Shown here one piece after another: positions 41,437 through 59,071 of a stretch of 64,000 bases of DNA. The notes under the pieces were generated by a model. That model was not told where the DNA came from, searched no databases, and saw only the letters and a program-made list of their open reading frames with translations. How positions within the stretch are numbered: position 1 is the first letter of the stretch; each line of letters starts with the position of its first letter. Source of the DNA: the human T2T-CHM13v2.0 reference genome, Homo sapiens; assembly GCF_009914755.1 (NCBI RefSeq), contig NC_060943.1. One strand, 5' to 3'. Made by a program: the position numbers and the translations under genes.

Positions 41437-43183
41437 TCACAGAACCTCCTGGAGCCTATTTGCTATGAGGACAGTCTCCAGATGTGGGCTCAGTAAAAGG
41501 TCCTCAGCCTGCTGGCTGGGAGCCCTTCCAGGGTGGGGCCCACGTTCTCTCCATTGCTGCTGGGGAGGAAATTCAAACACCATCTGGTATGGCTGGATTG
41601 GAGAGCGTCGGGAGACTCCAAAGGGGACGGCAGGGAGTGAAAATGAAAGACATTGACCGAGTGTCTGGACAATAGGGAAAGCTCTCTGATGAAGGAAACC
41701 GACACTTGGCTCCAATGACAGAAAGTAATAGATTGCATGGGAGCCACGGAGACCAGTGCCTGTTCAAAAGGTCACCCACAAGCACAGCACTGCCCAGGAG
41801 GCCTGAACAGTAGTGGCCTTCAGGCTGGGTGCAGTGGCTGACACCTATGATCCCAACACTTTGGGAGTCTGAGGTGGGAGATTACTTGAGCCCAGGAGTT
41901 CAAGACCAGTCTGGGGAACATAGTGAGACCCCATCTCTACAAAAATAAAAATTAAAAAAATAGCTAAATTAGCTGGTCATGGTCCCAGCTACTTGGGAGG
42001 CTGAGGCGGGAGGATAAGTTGGGCTCAGGAGGTCGAGGCTACAGTGAGCTGTGTTTGTGCCACTGCACTCCAGCCTGGGTGAGAGAGCAAAACCTGCCCC
42101 CAACCCCAACAAAGTAGTATCCTTCAGAGAACTTGGAGGGGTGGGCACTGAAAGCTTCAGGGACCAGCAGAGACAAAAATTTGAAGCCACTTGGTGGAGA
42201 CGGGAGATCGACAAGAGGAAATGGTCTCGAAGGAGACCCACGGGGTGCAGGTTAAAACCTGGAGGAGCTGATGTGAACAGCCAGCTCAGAGCGCCTGAGA
42301 CAGAGTTGCCTTTTTTTTTTTTTTTTTTTTTTTTAGACAGAAATCTTACTCTGTTGCCCAGGCTGGAGTGTAGTGGCGTGACCTTGGCTCACTGCAACCT
42401 CCACCTCCTGGGTTCAAGCACTTCTCCTGCCTTAGCCTCCTCCTGAGTAGCTTACAGGCACCCACCACCACGCCCGGCTAATTTTTGCATTTTTAGTAGA
42501 AATGAGGTTTCACCATGTTGGCCAGGCTAGTTTCAAACTTCTGACCTCAGGTGACCTGCCTGCCTCGGCCGCCCAAAGTGCTGGGATTACAGGTATGAGC
42601 CACCTCACCCGTCCCACTGTTGCCATTTGGAGGTCATCAGGGGTCTCTACTGCATAGAAATTAGTTGGCAGCCTTGGCACTCAAAGTGCTCGGCCAGGGC
42701 CATTTAATATAGAAGGACCTGGGAGTTTTGGGTTCTTTGACAATGCATATTTCAGTGGTTTAAGAATTTGGCACAGGTGGCTGGGCATGGCGGCTCACAT
42801 CTCTGAGTGACCTGGGTTCAAATTCTAGCTGTTATTCAGCATGGGATTCAAAAGTAGGGACATAACCCCACCTCCTCACTGGTGAGGTGGGAGCAGAGAA
42901 TGACATCCTGGCACACACTGTGCCTTGGAGGGGGCCTCCCTGAGCATCTCAGAGGGGGCTCATGATGGATCTGGCACTCATGGGTTGGGTGCTGTGGGGT
43001 GAGGTAGGGAAAGCCCAGCTGAGCTTGGGACCAACCCTGGGCTTCGTGGGAATCTGAAGTCCCTTTCCTAGGGGCCTCTCTGGTCCCTCGGGGCCTGTAT
43101 GTGCCATCTCCAAGCTGTGTTTACCATGGGCCAGATCACAACCTGTCTGAATCAGTGTTCTCACATAAAAATCAGAAAGACTG

Positions 43184-45012
<1,829 letters not shown>

Positions 45013-45192
45013 AAGAGAGAGATGGAATAACAGCCAGCCAGACTGAAGAAGAGCGAGCACAGGGCCAAGGAGATACCATGTTGAAAGATCCTTTCTGGAC
45101 TTGGGCCAAGGTAGACAATTCCGGGACACAGGGACAGAAACACTGAATTGATAACAACAAATGTTTTGGAGACCTCAGAGTGTAAAGAAAGG

Positions 45193-45198
45193 TTTACT
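45193..45198 (-). terminator. LPAR2: Probable LPAR2 poly(A) signal (variant AGTAAA); 3' end near 45165-45175
   Basis: No AATAAA seen in the 3'UTR. AGTAAA is followed ~30 nt later by a GU-rich tract (TTTGTTGTT) on the minus strand. Confidence 0.55.
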
Positions 45199-45764
45199 CC
45201 TTGTATCATCCCCTCCCCGTGGACTGCTTCAATTCTATCGGGGACAGGCCAGTCCCTGGAGGCTGCAAGGAGCCACAAACCTTTCCCAGCTCACACTCTG
45301 CACCCCTCAGTCTCTGCTGCTAAAGAATCAGACTCAGGTAGATGGGGTGTCCACAGTCTGTCCTCATTACCCAGTCATACCGGGTAGCATGGCCCGAGAG
45401 AGCCCTTATCTCTCCCCACCTTAAAACCCTCAGCATCACACAGCAGGAACCAGTCCACAGGGCTTACCAAGGATACGCAGTGAAAACAGAATAATGTCTG
45501 TTACAAACCCCCTAAACCTGAGATGGCTGAAGAGCCAGATTCCTGCACCCCATCTGACTCCCCCAGGCAGTGGGAGATGACCCAAAGCCCCCATTCCCTG
45601 GGCAGAGTGGTGTGCCTGGGGAGGCCTGGCAGTGGTGCTGTGCCATGCCAGACCTTGTCCTGCCAGTCAGTCAGTCCTGTTGGTTGGGTTGAGCCAGGAG
45701 CACCCACAAGTCATCAGGGGCTGTGGATTTGTTGCTTGCCGCGTACCGCTGAAGTTCAAGGTAG

Positions 45765-46078
45765 CTAAAGGGTGGAGTCCATCAGTGGGTGGCCGTTCTC
45801 GGGAAGCATGATGCGAGTGCTGGCACCTCCCTGGGCAGAGGATGTATAGTGGACAGACTCGCGGGTGGACTGGCGGAGGCACGCGCAGCAGAGAAGGCGG
45901 CGGAAGGTGCGGCGCATCTCAGCATCTCGGCAAGAGTACACAGCAGCATTGACCAGTGAGTTGGCCTCGGCCAACAGTAGGAAGTACTTTTCTACAGCCA
46001 GGACATTGCAGGACTCACAGCCTAAACCATCCAGGAGCAGTACCACCTGGCCTGGTGTCCAGCAGACCACGAACGCCC
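45765..46078 (-). CDS. LPAR2: LPAR2 last exon CDS (TM6-TM7 and C-tail ending in PDZ-binding DSTL)
   Basis: cccacag|GGGCGTTC; reads GAFVVCWTPG...EKYFLLLAEANSLVNAAVY...LLCCAC...DSTL*. 314 nt + 742 nt = 1056 nt = 351 aa. Confidence 0.98.
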
Positions 46079-46266
46079 CTGTGGGACAGAGGCGGAAGTG
46101 AGCAGGGCAAGCTGTCAGAGGCCCGGCACCTACAGCTCTCAGTTTGGGGTTGGAGTGGTCTCCAGAGCTCGAGCAATAGTGGTGAAGTTTGCAGTGCAAG
46201 AGCTGCTTGTTTCCCTGATTCTGCAGTGTGACAGGAAGGCCTGCTAAGATGGGACATCTATGCTAA

Positions 46267-46509
<243 letters not shown>

Positions 46510-47181
46510 TAGTAGAGATGGGGTTTCACCATGTTGGCCAGGATGGTCTCGATCTCCTGACCTCGTGATCCGCCCGCCTCAGCCTCCCGAAGTGTTGGGA
46601 TTACAGGCATGAGCCACTGCGCCTGGCCTGTGTGTTTTTTTTTGAGACAGGGTCTCCTTCTGTCACCTAGGCTGGAGTGCAGTGGCATGATCACACCTCA
46701 CTGAAGCGGCACGATCACACCTCACTGCAGCATTTGACAGGCTGAGGCAGGACAATCACTTGAGGCCAGGAGTTTAAGACCAGCCTAGGCAATATAGTGA
46801 GACCTCGTTTCTACAAAAAATAAAAAATTAGCCAGGTATGGTGGCACATGCCTGTAGTCCCAGCTACTCAGGAAACTGAGGCGGGAGGATCACCTGAGCC
46901 CGGAAGGTTGAGGCTGCAGTGAGCTATGATGGAGCCATTGTAATCCAGCCTAGGCAAGAGTAAGATCCTGTATCTTAAAAACAAAAATAAATTTTGAAAT
47001 TTAAAAATATGGGCCGGGCGTGGTGGCTCATGCTTGTAATCCCAGCACTTTGGGAGGCCAAGGCGGGTGGATCACGAGGTCAAGACATCGAGACCATCCT
47101 GGCCAACATAGTGAAACCTGGTCTCTACTAAAAATAGAAAAATTAGCCAGGCATAGTGGCACGCACCTGTAGTCCCAGCTA

Positions 47182-47723
<542 letters not shown>

Positions 47724-48052
47724 TGAAACTCAAAATAAGACTCCTGTCCGTGCCCCTTAAGGCCTTGCTGATCTCTCCTCCTCACAAGCCCACTTTCCTC
47801 TTTAGAGGCTCTGGCCTCGTACTGCCTTGAGGTTTTTACTTTCCGTTTCCTCTGCCTGGAAGGCTCTCTGTTCCTATCCTCAGCATTCAGGCCTCTGCTC
47901 ACATACATTATCACCTCCTTGGAGGACATTCCCCACCTAAATCATCCCCCATCACCCTCTATCAGGTAGCTTGTTTTGTTCATTGCTTCGCAGTGTCTTG
48001 TGGGAGATAGGGGGAAGCAGGGTCCCTGTTGCCCCCTGGGGGCCCCACTTAC

Positions 48053-48794
48053 CCAGGATGATGACAACAGTCTTGACCAGGCTGAGCGTGGTCTCTCGGT
48101 AGCGGGGGTGGCAGCTGACATGCTCTGCCATGCGCTGCACTCGCCGCCGCACGTAGAAGAAAATGCGGGTGTACACAGCCACCATGAGCAGGAAGACAAG
48201 CAGGCTCGACAGAGCCCAGACGGCCAAATAGGAGCGGCTGAGCAGGGGTGCCATGCGTGAGCAGCGGTCCAGGGCACAGAGGCAGTGCCAGGAGTGGGCA
48301 GGCAGCAGCCCCAGGCCCAGGGCAGCCACCCACACGCCCACAATGAGCATGACCACGCGGCCACGGGGCAGGCGGCTGTGCAGCTGTACGGCCATCACAC
48401 TGCGGTGCCGCTCCACGGCGATGGCCAGCAGTGTGGCCACCGACGCAGTGAGGCTTGTGTCCAGCAAGCCCTGCCGCAGGAACCAGCCCTCAAGTGAAAG
48501 TCGGGCTGTGCGGGGACCAGTGTGGAACATGAGGAAGAGGTAGGCCACGCCCGCGAAGAGGTCAGCCGCGGCCAGATTGCCGAGCAGGTAGTAGATGGGC
48601 TGGTGGAAGCGGCGGTTGGAGGCGATGGCTGCTATGACCAGCAGATTGGTCAGCAGCACCAGCACGCTGACGGTCAGCCCCAGTGCCACCACGACCACAT
48701 CCTTGGGCCGCCAGTGGGAGCTGAGCTCTTTGCCACTGTTGTTATAGAAGAAGCCGATGGTCTCGTTGTAGTAGCACTGGCCCATGATGACCAT
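48053..48794 (-). CDS. LPAR2: LPAR2 (LPA2/EDG4) exon 2 CDS, N-terminus to TM6
   Basis: Acceptor ccccag|ATGGTCATCATGGGC; MVIMGQCYYNETIGFFYNNSGK...AVERH...KTVVIILG|gtaagt. Class A GPCR of the EDG family, with the conserved TM6 intron. Confidence 0.98.
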
Positions 48795-49269
48795 CTGGGG
48801 ACACAAGAGATCAGTGCATGTGGCACTTCTTGGAAGGACACAGGGAGGGGCGGCAGCTGCAGAGGAGGGTCAGCGCAGGAAGGACAAGGGTCTCAAATTC
48901 AGATACCTCGAAGCAAAGTGGCAGTGGTGAGGACTACGGTGGCCTGGAAAAAGCAAGCTCCATGGGGCTGGGGTGGAGGTGGAGGAGCAGCTGTTTCTTA
49001 CCTACTAATAAGACCTGTGTGCAAGACATCACCCAAGTCAATAGGTTTTTGAACCAGAAGTGAAACAAAACCCATCTATGGTCGAATCCCAGCCCACCTG
49101 CCGCCAATGTGTGACCCGGTTTGGGTTGTGGGGAGAGGAGGGTTAGGGAAAGACAAAGGGGTGTGAGCTGCGGGAAGAGATGAGGGAGGATCACTTTGGT
49201 GCCGGAGTCAGTGTAGGGAGCAGAGACCCGGGAGCGTGTGCACACAAGGGTGAGGTCACTTGCTAGAAC

Positions 49270-50530
49270 CCTGCGAGGGGGCGGTGCCGAGGCGTGGAGG
49301 TGATCGGAGTGGACAGAGAGGCGGCCCCAGAAGTTAGTCGGCGGGATTTGGGCGCGAGTGCTTCCCAAGCGGGCGGGGCAATAGGCTGTTCCGGGTGGGA
49401 CGGAGGACACTGGCGGTCTCCGGGACAAAGACAGCGGTTGGGGAAGGGATGGATGGCCGGGCCTCCAGGCGTCTCCAGACTGGGGAAGGGGTAGGGGGTT
49501 AAGGGATCAGAGGGCGGCGTCCTGGCCCCGCAGGCACGTGCCGCGCCCTTCCCCCGGGCCCAGGCCCGCACCCGCCCGCCTCCCGTCCGTGCAGGCCTCA
49601 CCTGGGCCTCCAGTCACGCCGCAGACAAGGCGGGCTCGCGGGGGTTCGGGGCGGGCTCGAGGCCCATGGCCCGGCGACTGCGGCGGGAGCGGTAGAGCGT
49701 CCGGGTGCGCCCTGTGCGGGTTGCTGAGAGGGCGCGGGAGGCGGGGTCTCCCCGGCGCCCCGCCCCCACCACCTGGGGGAGCCCTGCCCCGCCCCGCCAC
49801 CTGGGGGAGCCCCGCCTCCACGGCCGCGTCGGGGGCGGTGTCGCCCGGAACCGCAGCCCCCCTGTTTCCTCCCCGCCTCGCGGCCCCTCAGTCGCCCCTA
49901 TTTCCGGCGCGGGACCCCCACCCCGGTACCTGCACACCTCATGCGCCCGCAGTTTCGAGCCTGCGGGGCTGAGTCACTCGGCGACCCGAAAATTCCCGCC
50001 GTGACCCCGCGCTGCCCGGGCGGAGCTCCAGGTGGTCTTGGGTCCGCGCCCCCGCTCCGGACCCCCAACCCTCCCAGCCCCACCCCGCTCTCTTCTTCGT
50101 GTCCAATCGGCCGCCGAGTTACAAGCCACTCCCTGATCCGACTTGGCTCCCACCGCCCGGACCCCCGCCCAGCTTCGGCTTTGCCAGCTCGCAGTATCAG
50201 CGAGCCGCGGCCTCCTGTGCGAGGCCCACCTCTGCGGCCCCAGCTGATCATCGGGCGCACGCTAGGGTTTTGCAATCCCGCCCCCGTACCCCTCACCCTG
50301 GGACAGCGCTGCCCCCTGCAAAGCCCGGCCCTGCCCTGCCCTGCCCTGTGGCTTCCTCCCTCGGCCTCCCTGCGGCGGCCCCGGGCTCCCACGGTCCGGA
50401 GCACACAGCCCCATTGTCCCGGTTATCGGTACTTTGTTATACTGTATTTGATTATGCAGGACCGGATCGGGGACGCAGAGCTCCGGGAGGGCCGGGCTGG
50501 CGTGACTCAGCCGGGTGCTGCGACCCAGCT
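49270..50530. promoter_or_regulatory. LPAR2: CpG island / LPAR2 promoter
   Basis: CpG-dense; GC boxes at 49755-49820; CCAAT at ~50103; AP-1 cores at 49970-49976 and 50503-50509. Confidence 0.85.
49602..49730 (-). other. LPAR2: LPAR2 non-coding exon 1 (5' boundary approximate)
   Basis: Strong donor CCCAG|gtgagg at 49602/49601 inside the CpG island, upstream of exon 2. Confidence 0.75.
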
Positions 50531-50651
50531 CCAACTGCCTTTACGTAGGTGCTGCAGGGTGTTTGATGATGCAAGAAGGAGGCCTTGAGGCCGGGCGCAG
50601 TGGCTCACGCCTGTAATCCCTGCATTTTGGGAGGCCGATGCGGGACGATCA

Positions 50652-51003
<352 letters not shown>

Positions 51004-51472
51004 AGAGGCCATCAGACCTCAGGCACCACCAGCATGTGGAGTCTGAGCTGCCCACCTCCTCCAGGAAGGTCACTTCGAGTCCGTGAAGGAGGCAGGCAGG
51101 TGTGGGGGAGTGACCACAACCAAAGTAGCAAAAGCACCCCTGTCCCAGGTGTCAGAGACTAGGGTGGACCCCAAGGATCTCATAACCTGCACTGACCCTG
51201 AGTATTGACCCTGAGTGACCTCTGAGCCCGAGTGGCCCTGATGCTTGGCAGTGACCTGTGTCTAGTGGGGGGACTCTGGGACATTATCCCCAAAAGGGTT
51301 TTAGGCCTCCCCTAGGTCATGTATTAAATAGTTTTTCCTTATAGGAACCCTCTGGACCTCTCCCAGCATTGAACTCCTGGCGGGGTGTTTGGCCACTAGG
51401 TGGTGGGAGGTAGGGATATATGGGTCCGTGTTCACAATCTGGGCCTCTTCCTTATTTAAGGTGCCAGGGTGG

Positions 51473-51846
51473 TCAGAGATGGTCCTCGGCTTCCTCAGGC
51501 TGGACGTCCGGGCAGCAGGTGGCCCTGGGCACAGCCTCGCTGTCCAATTTCGAGAGTAGCCGGGCTGTCTCCTGGGTAATCTCAAAATGCTTGGGCAGCG
51601 GGGTGCGGCGCAGGGGGCTGCCCTCAGGGGAGGCAGCTGCAGGGCTGGGCCCCCGCCCCCGCAAACTCCCTCTGGGCACTGATGTGATGGGGGTCTCCTC
51701 GCACAGCTTGGAAGCCACCAGGGCCAGACTGGACAGCTGGTGGGTTACAGGCCTCACACCGCCCCGGGGATACTTCACTGGCTGGCGGCTGAAGTGGCCA
51801 CGAGACTGTGTCCCCAGGAGTGAGTCCTCTGGGCCTTGGCTGGACA
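51473..51846 (-). CDS. GMIP: GMIP last exon (21) CDS (...VSSQGPEDSLL...EEAEDHL*)
   Basis: acacag|TGTCCAGC; stop TGA at 51475-51473; phase matches exon 20. Confidence 0.93.
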
Positions 51847-51980
51847 CTGTGTACGGGGTGGGTGGTCAGTGCAGAGCACCTCCAAGTTCTCTGTATATCC
51901 CCCCAGGAGTCATCTTTTAGCAAGCCACCCTGGGGCCAGGGCACCCCCAGAACTCCTGAGCCTCTCTCTAACATACTCAC

Positions 51981-52047
51981 CTTCCCCTCCCCCATCTTTG
52001 GTGTCTTCAGCCACGTCCTCTCTCTGGTCACTCTGTGGAGTTGGAAT
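51981..52047 (-). CDS. GMIP: GMIP exon 20 (IPTPQSDQREDVAEDTKDGGGE)
   Basis: ctgcag|ATTCCA...GAAG|gtgagt; 67 nt. Confidence 0.9.
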
Positions 52048-52136
52048 CTGCAGGGAGAAACCCAAGAATGAGACCCCAACACTAAAATCCCAGTTCTTTG
52101 AGATTCCTGGAGAGCCAAGGGCTTGTTCCTGGACAT

Positions 52137-54401
<2,265 letters not shown>

Positions 54402-54487
54402 CTGGAACACCCTTCACCTGATCTCCATGTGGCCAGCTCACTCCTTCATGTCCTTCCAGTCTTTGCTCAAGTCCGTCTGCTCTCTAA

Positions 54488-54967
<480 letters not shown>

Positions 54968-55312
54968 TAAAACACAGGCACTGAGAGGGCAGGGTCTTTG
55001 GATATTTAGCTCCTGGATGTATCTGCAATGCCTACGACAATGCTTGGCCCAAAATACATGTTCAATAAATATTCTGTTGGAGGAATGAATGATCACCCAT
55101 GTTAGTACCTCTGCAGGGCTGTCCCCTTTTGTTACATCATCACTGCCCACTGCTCATTCCTCACTATTCCTTCCAGAATGAACATAAGTTAAATGAGGAA
55201 GGGAGGAAGAGAATGAAGGAAATTTTAAAAAGGAAGGAAGGTGAAAGAGAAGGTAAGAGAATTGAACAGAGATAAGGCCCTCTCCATAGCTGTGGGCCCA
55301 GTGGGTTCTTAC

Positions 55313-55700
55313 CTCGGTAGGTGTGGCCGTGGGATGCTGCTCCAGGGTACTGTGGTGCTGGGGGTCTGGGCCGGGGTCTGAGGCTAGGACTGGGGGCTGG
55401 GAGTCTGGGTCAAGGTGCGGGGGTGGCGGTTGGGAGCTGGTTGTGAGGGGCCCAGGGGCTGGGCTGGAGTCTTGGGGCGGGGGCTCAGTGGCCTGGGGGA
55501 GCTCATCCATCCCAAAGATCTGCTCGTAGTGCACGATGAGGAACTCCACAAGCTGGGCCTGATGCCCAGAGTCCAGCAGGCAGGTGACAGGGATGGCGCT
55601 GGCTGCCCGCGGGCCGTCCGGCGGCCGCAGCAGTGTCGGCCCAAACACAATGCCCAGGTTGTTGGCAGACATCTTGTTTTCCATAAATCGTGCAGCCACC
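55313..55700 (-). CDS. GMIP: GMIP exon 19 (end of RhoGAP domain, NKMSANNLGIVFGPTL, then Pro-rich tail)
   Basis: ccccag|GGTGGCT...ACCGAG|gtaaga; 388 nt. Confidence 0.95.
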
Positions 55701-56016
55701 CTGGGGATGGTGTGAAGAGAAAGGTCAGGGTACAGGATGCAAGCTCATTGGTCTGAGGGTAAGGGTGGGACACGCAGGCCAGCCTAGAGGTGACTTGCCC
55801 ATGTCACAGGTGTAAGTCGTCTGAGACCAGCAGCCACATATCCAGAACTGGAGGTCAGGGGTCAGTACCCAAAGTTATGAATCATGGATTAAGGTTCAGA
55901 GTTCAGAAAACACAGGTCAAAGGTCAGAGGTCAGTGTCAGGGGTCAGCCAGGGAAGTTAGTAGTCGCATGTCCAGGGAAAAGGGTCGCGTTTCAAGGCTC
56001 AGGGACCCATGCACAC

Positions 56017-56213
56017 CTGAACAGATGGGCCACCAGGTGCCGCAGGGTGTTGTAGTTAGAGTCAGGCAGCTGTACCAAGAGGGTCTTCAGCGAGCGGATA
56101 ACCTCAGGGCTGGGGCTGGGGGTCCCAGGGTCGTCCCCAGGGTCTGCATGCAAGGTCTTAGCCAGAGAGATGAAGGCGTCGTAGAGGTGGAAGGGGATCA
56201 CGGGCTCGGTGAG
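56017..56213 (-). CDS. GMIP: GMIP exon 18 (RhoGAP: LTEPVIPF...LRHLVAHLFR)
   Basis: GT-AG bounded, 197 nt, phase 0->2. Confidence 0.95.
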
Positions 56214-56301
56214 CTGGGGGTGGAACGGAGGGCGCAACACGAGTGTGGGTGGGCTGTGGAGGGCTCCTGCCCGCGTCCCCCTCAGTGTCCTGAGCACCAA
56301 C

Positions 56302-56439
56302 CTCCTGAAGAAATCGCTTGAGGACACTCGAGACGTCATGAGGCGAGTTCCCCGACAGCTCCACCAACGCTCGGCCATTCTCGAAAGCCTGGCACAGCCG
56401 CTCCACACGGACCCGGGACCCGCTGACCCGGTAAATGCC
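56302..56439 (-). CDS. GMIP: GMIP exon 17 (RhoGAP arginine finger GIYRVSG...VLKRFLQE)
   Basis: ctgcag|GGCATTTACCGG...GAG|gttggt; 138 nt. Confidence 0.95.
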
Positions 56440-56534
56440 CTGCAGGGTGAGGGTGAAAAACAGACACCTGGTTCGTGATAGGCCATCGATTCGGTCAGGT
56501 CACTTCTGGGGATGATGAAGGGTCAGGGCAGCAC

Positions 56535-56723
56535 CTGCACATCCAGGGCACGGTGTTCTATCTCAGCCGTGCACTTCGTGACCACAAAGGGTACCTCCTC
56601 CGGGAAGTCCCTGGGTAGCTGCAGGAAGTCAACCCCAAAAAGGGGTGTCCGGGCTGGGAGCCGCCTGTGTCCACAGAGGATCAGGAGAGTCTCCAGGCAG
56701 CGCTTGTGGCAGGTCAGAAAGCA
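56535..56723 (-). CDS. GMIP: GMIP exon 16 (end of C1 domain CFLTCHKRC; start of RhoGAP LFGVDF...VPFVVTKC)
   Basis: GT-AG bounded, 189 nt. Confidence 0.95.
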
Positions 56724-56924
56724 CTGTGGGGAAGGTCACAGGGACAGGGAGGTCATTAGGGACCAGTAGGGGAAGAGAAGGTTACAAGGATCCTCAAGGA
56801 ATGGGGGCTCATGGGAGACATCAGGTTAGGGTGGGTCCCAGGGGCAGAAAGGCTGTAGGAATCTCAGGTCAGGGAGATGATCAAGGGTCAGCAAAGGTCA
56901 TTTGGTCATTAACCCAGGCCACAC

Positions 56925-57079
56925 CTCCTCACACTCCGTCCCGCTGACCATGAAGGCTTCGCACTCGCGGCACTTGGCTGGGCCCCGCAGTCGCCGCAGC
57001 TGGTGGGTCTGAGCCGCGCTGGACAGTGTCCACTTCCCGAAGGGGCTGCCCAGCCCATTCTCCAGCCCGTCTCCCAGGT
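56925..57079 (-). CDS. GMIP: GMIP exon 15 (C1 zinc finger HQLRRLRGPAKCRECEAFMVSGTECEE)
   Basis: GT-AG bounded, 155 nt, phase 1->0. Confidence 0.93.
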
Positions 57080-57153
57080 CTGCAGGGAGACAGGGTCAGG
57101 AGTGCCTGGTGCCCTGCCCTGTCCCATCCTGACCTACCCTGCTTCAGCCTCAC

Positions 57154-57231
57154 CAGGGTCTCGCTCCTCAAAGTCATCTGAGGACTCAGTGCCTGTGGAC
57201 GAAGCCTTCACCAGCTGCCTCGTGCCAGCGC
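57154..57231 (-). CDS. GMIP: GMIP exon 14 (AGTRQLVKASSTGTESSDDFEERDP)
   Basis: GT-AG bounded, 78 nt, symmetric phase 1. Confidence 0.88.
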
Positions 57232-57415
57232 CTGGGGTCAGAGGAATCATGGGAGATTCCTGGGCTATGGGAGGCACTCCTGGTTTTTAGGGCTTCCAGA
57301 ACCACCCACTAATTCCCAAGGGGTCAGAGGTCAGGAGGGGGATTGGACAGGTCAGTGGTTAAGGGTTGGAGAATTGGGTCAGCAACCTGAGGGGGGTGGT
57401 TCATAAGCTGGATCA

Positions 57416-57884
<469 letters not shown>

Positions 57885-57887
57885 TCA

Positions 57888-58028
<141 letters not shown>

Positions 58029-58216
58029 TCAAATAAACAAACAAATAAATAAATAAATAATTTTTAAAAAGGTAAAAAAAGAGGTTGAGGAAATAGGTCA
58101 GGGGTGTGGGGTAGGTCAGAGGTCAAAGATAGTTAAAGATTGAGGGTCAGAGCTTGGCCAGGGGCTGGAGGATGGTCACAGGTGGAGTGTGGGTCAGGAC
58201 CAGGTCCTATCCCTAC

Positions 58217-58306
58217 CTGGGCTGGAAGTGGGTGAGTCCAGGGACCGAGACTCGCTGCCGCCACCCACGCTGTCCACATCGCTGCCCGGAGTGGGGCCTG
58301 GAGTCC
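58217..58306 (-). CDS. GMIP: GMIP exon 13 (TPGPTPGSDVDSVGGGSESRSLDSPTSSP)
   Basis: GT-AG bounded, 90 nt, symmetric phase 1. Confidence 0.88.
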
Positions 58307-58426
58307 CTAGGTGGCACAGGTCAATAAGGATGGTCCCCTGCTCACAAACCCCACTCCTGCAGCCCACCTATGTGTTGGTGGAACGAACTCCTGGCACCAC
58401 TCCCACCTGGCCCTCATTGCACTCAC

Positions 58427-58539
58427 CTTGCCAGCGCCAGCCTGTGCCCGGATCCTCCCAAGGGCCTGGCTCAGCTGAATTCTCATCCAGCCTTGGAGGA
58501 AGAGGCCCAGAGAGCTTCTTTCTGATGTCCAGAGGGGAG
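58427..58539 (-). CDS. GMIP: GMIP exon 12 (SPLDIRKKLSG...TGWRWQ)
   Basis: GT-AG bounded, 113 nt, phase 2->1. Confidence 0.88.
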
Positions 58540-58874
58540 CTGAGAAGACAGAAGTTTGAAGGTTTGAATCCCAGGAAACTGGCCTGGGGTGATGGCACCC
58601 AGGCATCATGTCTAGGTACCAACTCCAAGCACTTGGGTCTGCAAACCCTGACACCCAGGGCATTGTGGCCCCTGAAATACAGTAGCCCCACATTCCTGCC
58701 CCTGCCCCTAGGACTGGGACAACCCATTCACCCTCCTATGGCCCCCGAGAGCCTGGAGTACTAAATTCCACTAAGGCTTTGCGTTCTCTAACCTCGAGTA
58801 ACCAGCCTGCGGTGCCAACAGCCTGGCATCGCGATTCCGGGGCTCGTTCCCGACTCCCTGCTCCAGTGACCCAC

Positions 58875-59071
58875 CTGTTCAAGGAGGGAAGGAACTCCTG
58901 GAAGGAGAAGGCGGGCGGCGGGGGCGGCGGGGCCTCGGGCCGCAGCGCCCGTACAAACTCCTGGTAGCGCTGGCCCGGCTCAAAGGGCGCACAGCACTCG
59001 GCCAGGGCGGCGAAGGCGCGGGGGCCACGCTCTGCCTGCGCCCCCCGCAGCCCGAAGAGACTCAGCGTCAC
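58875..59071 (-). CDS. GMIP: GMIP exon 11 (VTLSLFGLRG...FSFQEFLPSLN)
   Basis: GT-AG bounded, 197 nt. Confidence 0.92.

Noticed and set aside
45930-45960. LPAR2 TM7 reads NAAVY rather than NPxxY, and TM3 reads ERH rather than DRY
   Set aside because: Matches the normal LPA2 sequence as I know it. The C-terminus ends in wild-type DSTL, not the frameshifted variant.
49263-50588. Several overlapping Pro/Arg/Gly-rich ORFs (up to 215 aa)
   Set aside because: Expected by chance in a CpG island; most start at non-ATG codons.
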